Shown here in pieces: positions 28,088 through 37,779 of a stretch of DNA of 64,000 nucleotides. A model generated the notes under the pieces. The model saw only the letters and a list, made by a program, of their open reading frames with translations. It did no database searches and was not told the origin of the DNA. Both the position numbers and the translations under genes were made by a program. The number at the start of each line of letters is the position of its first letter. Position 1 is the stretch's first letter. The DNA is from Actinomycetes bacterium (lineage in GTDB: Bacteria; Actinomycetota; Actinomycetes; Prado026), in NCBI GenBank assembly GCA_038210415.1, contig JBBQWS010000011.1:1593-65592 (forward strand). The letters are read 5' to 3'.

Positions 28088-28507
28088 ATGGCCGGTCGAC
28101 GCGTCGGGGCCGTGCGGTGGCCGCACGGCGATGCCGGTCTGCTCATGATCGGGTTCATGCTGCGTGCGCTCGTCGGGCTCGCCGTCGTCGGCGTGGTCGG
28201 CTTTGACGCAGGTTCGGTTGTTCTCACCGGCAACAAGGTCACCGAGACGGCCGGGCTGGCGGCGGCCGAGGCGGCCCGGGTCTACCACGCGCGCCCGGAC
28301 AGCAAGGCGGCCTACGCCGCGGCCGCCGCGGTCGCGCAGGCCGGCGGAGCCACGCTCTCACTCGCGGACTTCGCCGTCGGCAGGACCGGCGCCGTGACGC
28401 TCACCGTCCGGGCCACGGCCACGACGCTCGTGCTCCGGTTCGTCCCGGGCACCGACGACCTCACCCACCCGAGCGCCACGGCGGTCCGTACGGCCGGCTC
28501 CGGATGA
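28088..28507 (+). CDS. hypothetical single-pass membrane protein (weakly TadE/pseudopilin-like)
   Basis: Alt start ATG 28145. One hydrophobic helix LRALVGLAVVGVVGF, then an Ala-rich region and beta-like VTLTVRATATTLVLRF. Stop overlaps the NlpC/P60 ATG (ATGA). Confidence 0.5.
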   Translation: MAGRRVGAVRWPHGDAGLLMIGFMLRALVGLAVVGVVGFDAGSVVLTGNKVTETAGLAAAEAARVYHARPDSKAAYAAAAAVAQAGGATLSLADFAVGRTGAVTLTVRATATTLVLRFVPGTDDLTHPSATAVRTAGSG

Positions 28508-29607
28508 CCCACCGCCAACAGCTCACCGCCGCGGCACTGGTCCTCGGTGTGGCCCTCACCTCGTTGGCCGTCGGCTCGGACGTCGCCGGGGCCACCCCGT
28601 CGATCGCGGGCGCGAGGGCCCAGGCGAAGCAGATCGCCGGTCAGGTCGCCGTCCTCCAGGTGCAGGCAGAGGTCGCGAGCGAGGACTACAACGCCGTGCA
28701 GGAGCAGCTGGCCACGGTGGTGACGGCATACCTCACCGCGTCCCAGCGGCAGAGCGATCTCGGTCGGCAGGGCGACGACCTCGCCCTCGAGGCGGAGTCG
28801 CGGGTGCGTGCCCTCTACCGCGCCGGCGGGCCGATCGGGTTGTACGCCACCGTGCTCGACGGCGCCGACTTCGGGGACGCGCTCAGCCGCTACAGCGCTG
28901 TCACCCGGGTGCTCGCCGCCGACCAGCGAGCCATCACCGTGGGCGCGCAGAGCGTCGCGGCGGCGGGCTCGGCGACCGCAGCCCTGGATGCTCTGGCCGC
29001 CAGGCGCACCACGCTGGAGGCCGACCTGGCCTTTGCCAAGGCCAAGGTCGAGGGGTTGCTGGCCGAGCGTCAGGCGCAGCTGGCAGCCGCCAACGGCACC
29101 ATCGCGGCGCTGGTCGCCGCCGAGGAGGCCAGGCTCGCGGCGCAGGCTGCGGCCCGGGCCAAGGTCACCCTGGGCACGGACCCGTCCGCGCCCGAGGGCG
29201 TCCCAGCGGGGACGCCGGGCACGATCGCCGCCGCGCTCGCGTACGGCCGCACCAAGATCGGCTCGCCGTACGTCTGGGGGGCGGTCGGTCCGGACACTTT
29301 CGACTGCTCCGGCCTGACCCGGTGGGCGTACGCGCAGGCCGGGCTGGCCCTGCCGCGCACCTCGCGCGAGCAGTGGTTCGTCGGCCCGCACCCGACGCTC
29401 GGGGAGCTGCAGCCCGGCGACCTGCTGTTCTGGGCGACGAACCGGGCCGACCCGGCCTCGATCCACCACGTAGCGTTGTACCTCGGCGGGGGGTACATGC
29501 TCGAGGCCCCGCACCCGGGAGCATTCGTCCGAATTGTGCCGGTGTACCTGGATGGGTACTTCGGGGCGACTCGTCCCTTCCTGCAATCCTCGCCCGGTGG
29601 TCCGTAG
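28504..29607 (+). CDS. secreted NlpC/P60 peptidoglycan endopeptidase with N-terminal coiled-coil (RipA-like architecture)
   Basis: Signal-like N-terminus. Long Ala/Gln/Glu-rich helical region. C-terminal YVWGAVGPDTFDCSGLTRWAY...IHHVALYLG carries the catalytic Cys and His. Confidence 0.85.
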   Translation: MTHRQQLTAAALVLGVALTSLAVGSDVAGATPSIAGARAQAKQIAGQVAVLQVQAEVASEDYNAVQEQLATVVTAYLTASQRQSDLGRQGDDLALEAESRVRALYRAGGPIGLYATVLDGADFGDALSRYSAVTRVLAADQRAITVGAQSVAAAGSATAALDALAARRTTLEADLAFAKAKVEGLLAERQAQLAAANGTIAALVAAEEARLAAQAAARAKVTLGTDPSAPEGVPAGTPGTIAAALAYGRTKIGSPYVWGAVGPDTFDCSGLTRWAYAQAGLALPRTSREQWFVGPHPTLGELQPGDLLFWATNRADPASIHHVALYLGGGYMLEAPHPGAFVRIVPVYLDGYFGATRPFLQSSPGGP

Positions 29608-29611
29608 TCTG

Positions 29612-31033
29612 ATGCTCGTGCGCACCCTGGCTGGCCGCTACACCCTCGAGGACCGCGTCCTCGAGGGCTCCGGCTGGTCGTACTGGCGGGGCGAGGACGC
29701 GATCTTGCACCGCGCGGTCGGAGTGCTCGTGCTCGCGGCCGGCGACCCTCGAGAGCTCGAGCTCGCCGAGGCCGCACGCCGCTCCTCCGCGACCGACGAC
29801 CACCGGATCCAGCGGGTCCTCGACGTCCTCGACGACAGTGCCGACACCTGCCTCGTGGTCGAGTGGCTCGCCGGCAGCACCGGCCTCGAGGAAGCCCTCG
29901 CTGAGGGGCCACTGGTCGACGCCGAGAGCCGCCGACTCACCCTGGAGCTCGCGCGCACCCTCGCGACGGCTGCCCGCGACGGCCTGGAGCACGGCGCCCT
30001 CGCTCCCCGTTGGGTGATCCGCTCGGAGCAGGGCCGGGTACGCCTGCTCGGCGTGGCCATCGCCCCCGTCCTCACGGGGCGCAGGACCGCCGACGCGTAC
30101 GGCCTGGGCGAGCTGCTCTATGCCTGCCTCACCGCGCGCTGGCCCGGTTCCCCTGACGACAGCGCACTGCCCGCAGCACCCCAGCAGGGCGGTCGACCGG
30201 TCCGGGCCCGCATGATCCGGGCCGGGGTCCCCGCGGCGCTGGACGACGTCGCCGCCCGTGCGCTCGGTCTGCCGGGGCGCGGTGCCCCACTGCTCAGCGC
30301 TGCCGACGTCGTCGCGGCCCTCGAGGCCGTGCCCGCCTGGTCGCCCGCGTTGACCGACCCGTCCGCGGTGGAACCCGGTCTGGTCGACCCGCCCGGCCCG
30401 CCTCGTCGCGGCGGTGGCCGCCGCGCCGTCGCCGTCGGGGCGGTCGTCGCGCTGGTGCTGGCCGCTGCCGTCATGACCGGGCTCTCGCTGGTCGGGCCCG
30501 GTCCCGGTGTCGCCAAGCCCGGCGCGAACGGGTCCGCCGCCTCGGCCAGCCGGTCCGGCTCCGGAGCCGGACCGGCGCCGGGGCAGGCGGCGCTGCCGGT
30601 CCTGTCCGTGCACGACTTCGACCCTCGTCCCAAGGGCAACGGCACCGAGAACCCGAGCCTGGTCCCGCTCGCCTTCGACGGCAACCCGGGCACCGCCTGG
30701 ACCACGCTCTTCTACACCCGCCCGGACTGCGGCGGCCTCAAGCCCGGCGTCGGCCTCGTGGTCGACCTCGGGTTGACCACCCAGGTGGGCGCCGTGCGGC
30801 TCGGGCTGGTCGGGCACGGCACCTCGGTCGAGATCCTCGCGTCGACGTCGTTGCCCACCCAGGCCGACGACGCCATCGCCGTCGCCCGGGCCGACAACGC
30901 CGGCGAGTTCGTGACGCTGCCACTGGACCCGCCCGTACGTGCCCGATACCTCGTGATCTGGCTGACCAGGCTCCCCGCGGACATCGGTGGGTACCGCGGT
31001 GGCGTGAGCGAGATCCAGGTCTTCCACAGCTGA
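29612..31033 (+). CDS. membrane pseudokinase with extracellular discoidin/F5-8-type-C-like domain (MviN-associated type)
   Basis: ATG 29612. Kinase-like fold, but the Gly loop is EGSGWSYW, there is no VAIK lysine (AVGVLVL), HRD is replaced by EHGALAPRWV, and DFG is replaced by LLGVAIA. TM segment AVAVGAVVALVLAAAVMTGL. C-terminal AFDGNPGTAWTT...VDLG...RYLVIWLT...EIQVF. Confidence 0.75.
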   Translation: MLVRTLAGRYTLEDRVLEGSGWSYWRGEDAILHRAVGVLVLAAGDPRELELAEAARRSSATDDHRIQRVLDVLDDSADTCLVVEWLAGSTGLEEALAEGPLVDAESRRLTLELARTLATAARDGLEHGALAPRWVIRSEQGRVRLLGVAIAPVLTGRRTADAYGLGELLYACLTARWPGSPDDSALPAAPQQGGRPVRARMIRAGVPAALDDVAARALGLPGRGAPLLSAADVVAALEAVPAWSPALTDPSAVEPGLVDPPGPPRRGGGRRAVAVGAVVALVLAAAVMTGLSLVGPGPGVAKPGANGSAASASRSGSGAGPAPGQAALPVLSVHDFDPRPKGNGTENPSLVPLAFDGNPGTAWTTLFYTRPDCGGLKPGVGLVVDLGLTTQVGAVRLGLVGHGTSVEILASTSLPTQADDAIAVARADNAGEFVTLPLDPPVRARYLVIWLTRLPADIGGYRGGVSEIQVFHS

Positions 31034-31086
31034 CCGTGCGGCGGGGCAGCGCCGGCGAGAGCCCGTCCCGCACGTACGCTGGCGCA

Positions 31087-31758
31087 ATGCCTGGCAGTGA
31101 TCCCGAACCCGATCCCGCACGGGACGACCGGGAGCTCCTCGCCGCGCACGTCGCTGGCGACCGCACGGCGTTCGACGAGCTGGTGGTCCGGCACCGCGAC
31201 CGGCTCTGGGCGGTCGCCCTGCGCACCATCGGCAATCCCGAGGACGCCGCCGACGCGGTGCAGAACGCCCTGATCTCCGCGTACCGCGGCGCTGCCTCCT
31301 ACCGCGGTGACGCTGCGGTGACGACCTGGCTGCACCGCATCGTCGTCAACGCCTGCCTCGACCTGATGCGGCGGCAGAAGGTCCGGCCGGCAGATCCGCT
31401 GCCCGACGACGAGTCCCGGCACCCGGCTGCGCCGATCGACGAGATCGCCCAGCGCGACCTGACCCTCGTGGTCGAGGCAGCGCTGCGGACCCTGCCTGTC
31501 GAGCAGCGGGCCGCGCTGGTACTGGTCGACCTGCAGGGGTACTCCGTCGAGGACGCGGCGGCCGTGCTCGACTGCGCCGTCGGCACCGTCAAGAGCCGGT
31601 GCTCGCGCGGCCGCGCGCGGTTGCTGCCGCTGCTCGAGCACCTGCGGAACCCGGACGCGGGTTCCCGCGTCGAACCAGGCGGCGGCGATCCCGACCAGCT
31701 GCAGCGACCCAGCCAGCCAGAGCGACGCAGCCAGCCAGGAGGAGGTGAGCAACGATGA
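31087..31758 (+). CDS. sigM: ECF sigma factor (SigM-like)
   Basis: Region 2 [16 protein letters not shown]; region 4 [21 protein letters not shown]. Alt start GTG 31036. Conserved position upstream of anti-sigma-trxB-trxA. Confidence 0.85.
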   Translation: MPGSDPEPDPARDDRELLAAHVAGDRTAFDELVVRHRDRLWAVALRTIGNPEDAADAVQNALISAYRGAASYRGDAAVTTWLHRIVVNACLDLMRRQKVRPADPLPDDESRHPAAPIDEIAQRDLTLVVEAALRTLPVEQRAALVLVDLQGYSVEDAAAVLDCAVGTVKSRCSRGRARLLPLLEHLRNPDAGSRVEPGGGDPDQLQRPSQPERRSQPGGGEQR

Positions 31759-32462
31759 CGGATCAGCCCGACCCGGAGCTGACCGACGCCGACGACGTGT
31801 TCGTCCGGTCGCTGCTCGCCGACGTCCCCGCCGTCGCCATGCCCGACGACGTCGTCGCCCGGATCCGCGCCGCCCTCGCCGACGAGCCCGACGTGGTCGC
31901 CGCCACCACCGTCGTCCCGCTGGCCGGTCGGCGACGCAGCGCACCTCGGCTGCTGCAAGCCGCGGCGGCCGTGGTGCTGGTCGTCGGAGGCGGCGCGTTC
32001 GCGGTGAAGGCCCTCGGCGGCTCCGGCGACTCGGCGAGCAGAACCACTTCAGGAGCCGCCTCAGCCGCTGGAGCCGAGACCGGTGCGCCGCCCGTGGTGA
32101 CGAGCAGCGGCACCGCCTACACCCAGGCCAGCCTCGGGGGGGCGGCGCTGGACCTCGTGACCAAGGCCCGCAGCTCGGGGAGCCAGGCTGCGCCGTCGGC
32201 CCCACCCAGCACGGCCTTCGCCGCCAGGCTCGCCGACGACTCGCAGGTGCTGACGCAGTGCATCGTGGCCGTGCAGGGCAACCCGGTGCTCCCGCAACGT
32301 GCGATCACGGTCGACATCGGCACGTTCGAGGGCAAGCCGGCCGTGGTGGTCGTCGTACAGAGCACCGACCCCCAGGTGCTCACCACGTACGTCACGACCC
32401 CCAACTGCGGCACGACGCCCGAACCCACGATCTTGTACTTCGCAAACGTCCGGCGTCCGTAG
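31755..32462 (+). CDS. anti-sigma factor (single TM, anti-SigM-like)
   Basis: ATGA overlap with the sigM stop. Acidic N-terminus, TM segment [17 protein letters not shown], extracytoplasmic C-terminal domain. Confidence 0.7.
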   Translation: MTDQPDPELTDADDVFVRSLLADVPAVAMPDDVVARIRAALADEPDVVAATTVVPLAGRRRSAPRLLQAAAAVVLVVGGGAFAVKALGGSGDSASRTTSGAASAAGAETGAPPVVTSSGTAYTQASLGGAALDLVTKARSSGSQAAPSAPPSTAFAARLADDSQVLTQCIVAVQGNPVLPQRAITVDIGTFEGKPAVVVVVQSTDPQVLTTYVTTPNCGTTPEPTILYFANVRRP

Positions 32463-32524
32463 CCGCGGAATGCGCGCGCCCTAGGATCGGTTCCAGGGGT
32501 ACACCATCCGACCAGGGAGCCACC

Positions 32525-33535
32525 GTGTCGACCGGCACCAGCAAGGCGAGCAGCAGCGACGTCCGCAACGTCATCATCATCGGCTCCGGGCCGGCCGGCT
32601 ACACCGCGGCGATCTACGCCGCACGCGCCAACCTGCGTCCGCTGGTCTTCGAGGGTTCGGTCACTGCCGGTGGCGCTCTGATGAACACCACCGACGTCGA
32701 GAACTTCCCGGGCTTCCCCGACGGAGTGATGGGTCCTGACCTGATGGACAGCCTCCGGGCGCAGGCCGAGAAGTTCGGTGCCGAGCTCGTCACCGACGAC
32801 ATCACCGGGGTCGACCTCACCGGTGCGGTCAAGGTCGTCACCGACGGCGCCGGCCAGACCCACAGCGCCCACGCGGTCATCCTCGCCACCGGGTCGAAGT
32901 ACCGCGAGCTGGGCCTGCCGAACGAGAAGCGACTGTCCGGCCGCGGTGTCTCGTGGTGCGCCACCTGCGACGGCTTCTTCTTCAAGGAGCAGGACATCGC
33001 CGTGGTCGGTGGCGGTGACTCGGCCCTCGAGGAGGCGACGTTCCTGACCCGGTTCGCCCGCAGCGTCACCCTGATCCACCGCCGCGACTCGCTGCGCGCT
33101 TCCAAGATCATGCAGGATCGGGCGCTCGCCAACGAGAAGATGCGGTTCGCCTGGAACAGCGAGGTCGCCGACGTCCTCGGCGACGACCGCATGACCGGGC
33201 TACGACTGCGCGACACCCGCACCGGCGAGCAGCGCGACCTGGCCGCCACCGGCCTGTTCGTCGCCATCGGCCATGACCCGCGCAGCGAGCTCGTCGAGGG
33301 CCAGGTGCACCGCGACGAGGAAGGGTACGTCCAGGTCACGCACCCAAGCACCCGGACGAACCTGTCCGGGGTGTTCGCCTGCGGCGACCTCGTCGACCAC
33401 CACTACCGGCAGGCCATCACCGCCGCCGGCACGGGCTGCGCGGCGGCGCTGGACGCTGAGCGCTACCTCGCCGACCTCGACGACGCGCAGCTCACCGGCG
33501 ACTCCGCCCAGCTCGGCGTCTCGATGTCGGCCTGA
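32525..33535 (+). CDS. trxB: thioredoxin-disulfide reductase
   Basis: GTG 32525 is preceded by GGGAG. FAD motif [12 protein letters not shown]; redox CATC ([11 protein letters not shown]). Confidence 0.93.
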   Translation: MSTGTSKASSSDVRNVIIIGSGPAGYTAAIYAARANLRPLVFEGSVTAGGALMNTTDVENFPGFPDGVMGPDLMDSLRAQAEKFGAELVTDDITGVDLTGAVKVVTDGAGQTHSAHAVILATGSKYRELGLPNEKRLSGRGVSWCATCDGFFFKEQDIAVVGGGDSALEEATFLTRFARSVTLIHRRDSLRASKIMQDRALANEKMRFAWNSEVADVLGDDRMTGLRLRDTRTGEQRDLAATGLFVAIGHDPRSELVEGQVHRDEEGYVQVTHPSTRTNLSGVFACGDLVDHHYRQAITAAGTGCAAALDAERYLADLDDAQLTGDSAQLGVSMSA

Positions 33536-33602
33536 CCGCACGTTGGCCTGACCGTCCAAACCCCCTAACCCGACCAGCCCAGCAATCCCGAGAGGACTCC
33601 CC

Positions 33603-33932
33603 GTGGGAACCAACACCAGCAAGGTGACCGACGCGTCGTTCGCCGCCGACGTCCTGGCCAGCGACAAGCCCGTCCTGGTCGACTTCTGGGCGGAGTGGTG
33701 CGGCCCGTGCCGCGCAGTCGGTCCGATTCTCGAGGAGATCGCCGGCGAGCACGCCGACAGCATCCGCATCGTCAAGCTCAACATCGACGAGAACCCCAAG
33801 GTCGCCGCGTCGTACGGCATCACCTCGATCCCGACGATGAGCGTCTTCTCCGGCGGCGAGCTCGTGAAGCAGATCGTCGGCGCGAAGCCGAAGGCCGCCC
33901 TGCTCAAGGACCTCGCGCCGTTCCTGGCCTGA
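33603..33932 (+). CDS. trxA: thioredoxin
   Basis: 109 aa with the WCGPC active site. Confidence 0.93.
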   Translation: MGTNTSKVTDASFAADVLASDKPVLVDFWAEWCGPCRAVGPILEEIAGEHADSIRIVKLNIDENPKVAASYGITSIPTMSVFSGGELVKQIVGAKPKAALLKDLAPFLA

Positions 33933-34011
33933 CGGCCAGCCACACCTTCCGGAGGTCGTCCGGGTTACGATCTCGGTTCGTCCGAGTGATGCCCAGACGG
34001 CTTTCCGGGAG

Positions 34012-35202
34012 GTGGTGCAGGCAGTGACCCGTCCCTCGTCGAACCCGCTCTACCGCCTGGGTGACCGGGGTCCCGCCGTAGCCGAGATCCGGGCCCGGCT
34101 GGCTGTCCTCGGGCTGCTCCCCGGGGGTGTCGACGAGCTGCGCTCCGACGCCTTCGCCACCGCCGAGTTCGACCGTAGCGTCGACGCGGCGGTGCGCGGG
34201 TTCCAGCAGCAGCGTGGGGCCAGCGTCGACGGCATCGTCGGGCCCCAGACCTGGCGCCTGCTAGACGACGCACGGTGGCGCCTCGGCGACCGCGTCCTCT
34301 GGTTCGCCCCCAGCCACCTCCTCAGCGGCGACGACGTCGCGGCGCTCCAGCAACGCCTGCTCGACCTCGGCTTCGACGCCGGTCGGGCCGACGGCATCTT
34401 CGGCCGCGAGACCGAGCTGGCCCTGCGCGAGTTCCAGCGCGGCGTCGGGATCCCCGCTGACGGCACCTGCGGACCCGCCAGCTTCCAGGCCCTCGACCGG
34501 CTGGTGCGCACCGTCACCGGCGGCGCCCCCGCCGCCCTGCGCGAGGCGGAGCGGATTCGCCGCCGAGGTCCGACCCTCGCCGGCAAGGTCGTGGTGGTCG
34601 ACCCGGGGCACGGCGGCGCCGACCTCGGCAACACCGCCCACGGCCTCACCGAGGCGAGGCTGACCGAGGACCTGGCCGCCCGTATCGAGGGTCGGCTGAC
34701 GGCCACCGGTGTCACGGCCTACCTCACCCGCGGCCGGCTCGCCGACGACGAGTCGGCGCCCGGCGACATCGAACGCGCGGACACCGCCAACCGGCTCGAG
34801 GCCGACCTGATGATCTCGATCCACGTCGACGCCTGCGGTTCAAGCGCTGCCGCCAATGGGGTCGCGACGTACTTCTACGGAAACCGGCTTCCGGGCGGGC
34901 AGTCACCGGTGGGGCAGCGCTTCGCCGACCTCCTCCAGCGCGAGGTCGCGGCCCGCACCGACCTGCTCGACTGCGGGGTGCACGAGAAGACCTGGGACGT
35001 CCTGCGCCGCACCCGGATGCCCGCCGTACGCCTCGAGCTGGGCTACGTCACCCACGCCGGCGACGCCGCACGACTCGGCGACGCGGCCTTCCGGGACGCG
35101 GTCGCCGAGGCCGTGGTGGCCGCGGTGCAACGGCTCTACCTGCCGCTCGAGGACGACACCCCGACCGGGTCGATCCGGCTGCCCGACCTCGTGCCCAAGT
35201 AG
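34012..35202 (+). CDS. cwlM: N-acetylmuramoyl-L-alanine amidase-like regulator CwlM (two PG-binding repeats plus amidase_3)
   Basis: Two GDRGPAVAEIRARL / DGIFGRETELALREFQ-type PG_binding_1 repeats, then VVVDPGHGG of amidase_3. Conserved position after trxA. Start is GTG 34012/34015/34024, after GGGAGG. Confidence 0.85.
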   Translation: MVQAVTRPSSNPLYRLGDRGPAVAEIRARLAVLGLLPGGVDELRSDAFATAEFDRSVDAAVRGFQQQRGASVDGIVGPQTWRLLDDARWRLGDRVLWFAPSHLLSGDDVAALQQRLLDLGFDAGRADGIFGRETELALREFQRGVGIPADGTCGPASFQALDRLVRTVTGGAPAALREAERIRRRGPTLAGKVVVVDPGHGGADLGNTAHGLTEARLTEDLAARIEGRLTATGVTAYLTRGRLADDESAPGDIERADTANRLEADLMISIHVDACGSSAAANGVATYFYGNRLPGGQSPVGQRFADLLQREVAARTDLLDCGVHEKTWDVLRRTRMPAVRLELGYVTHAGDAARLGDAAFRDAVAEAVVAAVQRLYLPLEDDTPTGSIRLPDLVPK

Positions 35203-35210
35203 TCGCCCGG

Positions 35211-35384
35211 CTAGCGGTCCCGCGGAAGCACGACGTAGCGGTCGAGCGAGGGGGCCGGCGGCACGTAGCCGGACCCCGCGGCGGGCCCGACCGGCGGCCG
35301 GTGCCGAGGCCGCAGCAGCTCGGCGACGAACCCGCCCAGCGCCGCCATCACCACAGCGACGAGCAACCATCGCGCGAGCTTCAT
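35211..35384 (-). CDS. small single-TM protein (57 aa), hypothetical
   Basis: ATG 35384 gives MKLARWLLVAVVMAALGGFVAELL followed by a Pro-rich tail. The longer ORF-track start (35492) would overlap the aminotransferase start. Confidence 0.35.
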   Translation of the reverse strand: MKLARWLLVAVVMAALGGFVAELLRPRHRPPVGPAAGSGYVPPAPSLDRYVVLPRDR

Positions 35385-35476
35385 CCAAGGCCTCCGGGGG
35401 GTCGTGAACTCGGTCACCGGCTCCGTACGGCAGGCTAGTACCCCGGCCAGCCGGCGGCGACCCACTCGGAGGTGAC

Positions 35477-36820
35477 ATGGACGGCTCCGCACTCCCCGCC
35501 GTTCCAGGACCCGTCCGCGGATCTCGGCTCGACCCGTTCTTGTCCTCCTACGCCGCGCGGGCCCGCTCGATGACCGCCTCCGAGATCCGGGCCCTGTTCT
35601 CCGTGGCCTCCCGGCCGGAGGTCGTGTCGCTGGCCGGCGGCATGCCGTTCGTGTCCGCGCTCGCGCTCGACTCGATCGGCCAGAGCTTCGCCACCCTGGT
35701 CACCGAGCGTGGCGCCGAGTCGTTGCAGTACGGCTCAGGCCAAGGTCACGTCGAGCTGCGCGAGCAGATCGCCGAGCTGTTGATGCCGCCGGTGGGCGTG
35801 CAGGCGCACCCCGACGACGTCGTCGTCACCGTCGGCTCGCAGCAGGCGCTCGACCTGGTCACCCGCATCCTGTGCGATCCCGGCGACGTCGTGGTCGCCG
35901 AGGCTCCGTCGTACGTCGGCGCGCTGTCGCTGTTCGCGGCATACGAGGTGGCTGTCGAGCACGTCGTGATGGACGCCGAGGGTCTGGTGCCCGAGGCGCT
36001 GCGCGAGCGGTTCGCCGCACTCGCCGCAGCCGGTCGACGGCCCAAGTTCCTCTACACCGTCCCCTCGTTCCACAACCCGGCCGGCGTCACCCAGGGCCAG
36101 ACCCGGCGCACCGAAATCCTTGCCCTGTGCCAGGAATTCGGTGTCCCGGTGCTCGAGGACGACCCCTACGGGCTGCTCGGCTTCGACGGGGTCGTCCCCC
36201 GCGCCCTGCGCGCGGACGACCACGAAGGCGTGCTCTATCTGGGCTCGTTCTCCAAGACCTTCGCGCCCGGGCTCCGAGTCGGCTGGGTCGTCGCCCCGCA
36301 CGGCGTCCGCGAGAAGCTCGTCCTGGCAGCGGAGGCCTCGGTGCTGTGCCCGTCGTCGTTCGCGCAGCTCGCCGTGAGCGGCTACCTCGCGACCCAGCCG
36401 TGGTGGGACCAGGTCAAGGTCTTCCGTGAGGTCTATCGCGAGCGACGTGATGCGCTGCTCGACGCGATGTCGGCCCAGTTCCCCGACGGCACCACCTGGA
36501 CGGTGCCCGGCGGCGGCTTCTACTCGTGGGTGACCCTGCCCGAAGGCGTCGACGCCACCGCGATGCTCCCGCGTGCGGTGACCGAACGGGTCGCCTACGT
36601 CCCCGGCACCGCGTTCTACGCGGGCAGTGCCAAGATCCTCGGCCGGCGGTCGTTGCGACTGTCGTACTGCTATCCCGAGCCCGATCGCATCCGCGAAGGC
36701 GTCCGCAGGCTCGCCGCCGTCATCGAAGAGGAGCTCGACGTGCTGGCAACGTTCGGACCGGCCGCCACCGCGGGAGACACCGGCACCCCGTCCGACGTAC
36801 CCGGACCGGCCACCGCATGA
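35477..36820 (+). CDS. PLP-dependent aminotransferase, class I/II (fold type I)
   Basis: 447 aa. SFSKTFAPGLRVGW carries the PLP lysine. GAGGTG lies upstream of the ATG. Confidence 0.85.
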   Translation: MDGSALPAVPGPVRGSRLDPFLSSYAARARSMTASEIRALFSVASRPEVVSLAGGMPFVSALALDSIGQSFATLVTERGAESLQYGSGQGHVELREQIAELLMPPVGVQAHPDDVVVTVGSQQALDLVTRILCDPGDVVVAEAPSYVGALSLFAAYEVAVEHVVMDAEGLVPEALRERFAALAAAGRRPKFLYTVPSFHNPAGVTQGQTRRTEILALCQEFGVPVLEDDPYGLLGFDGVVPRALRADDHEGVLYLGSFSKTFAPGLRVGWVVAPHGVREKLVLAAEASVLCPSSFAQLAVSGYLATQPWWDQVKVFREVYRERRDALLDAMSAQFPDGTTWTVPGGGFYSWVTLPEGVDATAMLPRAVTERVAYVPGTAFYAGSAKILGRRSLRLSYCYPEPDRIREGVRRLAAVIEEELDVLATFGPAATAGDTGTPSDVPGPATA

Positions 36821-37779
36821 CCGGCTCCGAGCGGGTGGTCGTGCTCGCCGGCGGGCTCTCGCACGAACGCGATGTGTCGCTCCGGTCCGGGCGTCGGGTC
36901 GCCGATGCGCTGCGCGGGGTCGGTGTCGAGGTCGCGCTGCTCGATGTCGACGGCGCCCTCCTGCCGGCCCTGGCTGCCGACCCGCCGGCCGTGGTCGTCC
37001 CGCTGCTGCACGGCGCGAGCGGTGAGGACGGCGCCCTGCGCGACGTGCTGGGCCTGCTCGGACTGCCGTACGTCGGATCGCGGCCAGCGGCCTGCCGAGT
37101 CGCATTCGATAAGCCTGCTGCTTCTACTGTGGCGGCTGCGGCTGGTCTGGCCACCCCATTGTCGGTGGCCCTGCCGCAGACGACGTTCCGTGAGCTCGGC
37201 GCCGCAGCCGTCATGACCGCGCTGCTCGACACCCTCGGTCTCCCGTTGATGGTGAAACCGGCCCGGGGAGGGTCGTCGCTGGGTGCGGCAGTCGTCCGAA
37301 CGGCTGCCGAGCTGCCACCGGTGATGGTGAGCTGCTTCTCGTACGGTGACACCGCGGTCGTCGAGCGGTTCGTCACCGGCACCGAGGTCGCGGTGTCGGT
37401 CGTCGAGACCGACGGCGGTCTGATGGTGCTGCCCGGCGTCGAGATCGTGCCCGACGGGGGCTTCTACGACTATTCCGCGCGCTACACCGCGGGGGCCACG
37501 GAGTTCTTCGCGCCGGCCAGGCTGCCGGCCGAGGCGATCGTCGCGTGTGCCGACGCGGCGCTCACCGCGCACCAGGCCCTCGGGCTCAGCCACCTGTCCC
37601 GCACCGACCTGATCGTCGACGTCGACGGCCGGCCGTGGTTCCTCGAGGTCAACGTCGCTCCCGGCATGACCGAGACGTCGCTCTTCCCGCAGTCGGTCGC
37701 CGCCGCGGGCCTGGACCTGGGCACCCTGTGGAAGGCCCTGGTCGAGCGAGTGCGGCGGACCCCGTCGGCTACCGGCTGA
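36817..37779 (+). CDS. ddl: D-alanine--D-alanine ligase
   Basis: ATG 36817 overlaps the aminotransferase stop (ATGA). [19 protein letters not shown]; the [21 protein letters not shown] loop retains Tyr as in DdlB (FYDYEAKY); [12 protein letters not shown]. The 3' end overlaps the convergent parB by 11 nt. Confidence 0.88.
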   Translation: MTGSERVVVLAGGLSHERDVSLRSGRRVADALRGVGVEVALLDVDGALLPALAADPPAVVVPLLHGASGEDGALRDVLGLLGLPYVGSRPAACRVAFDKPAASTVAAAAGLATPLSVALPQTTFRELGAAAVMTALLDTLGLPLMVKPARGGSSLGAAVVRTAAELPPVMVSCFSYGDTAVVERFVTGTEVAVSVVETDGGLMVLPGVEIVPDGGFYDYSARYTAGATEFFAPARLPAEAIVACADAALTAHQALGLSHLSRTDLIVDVDGRPWFLEVNVAPGMTETSLFPQSVAAAGLDLGTLWKALVERVRRTPSATG

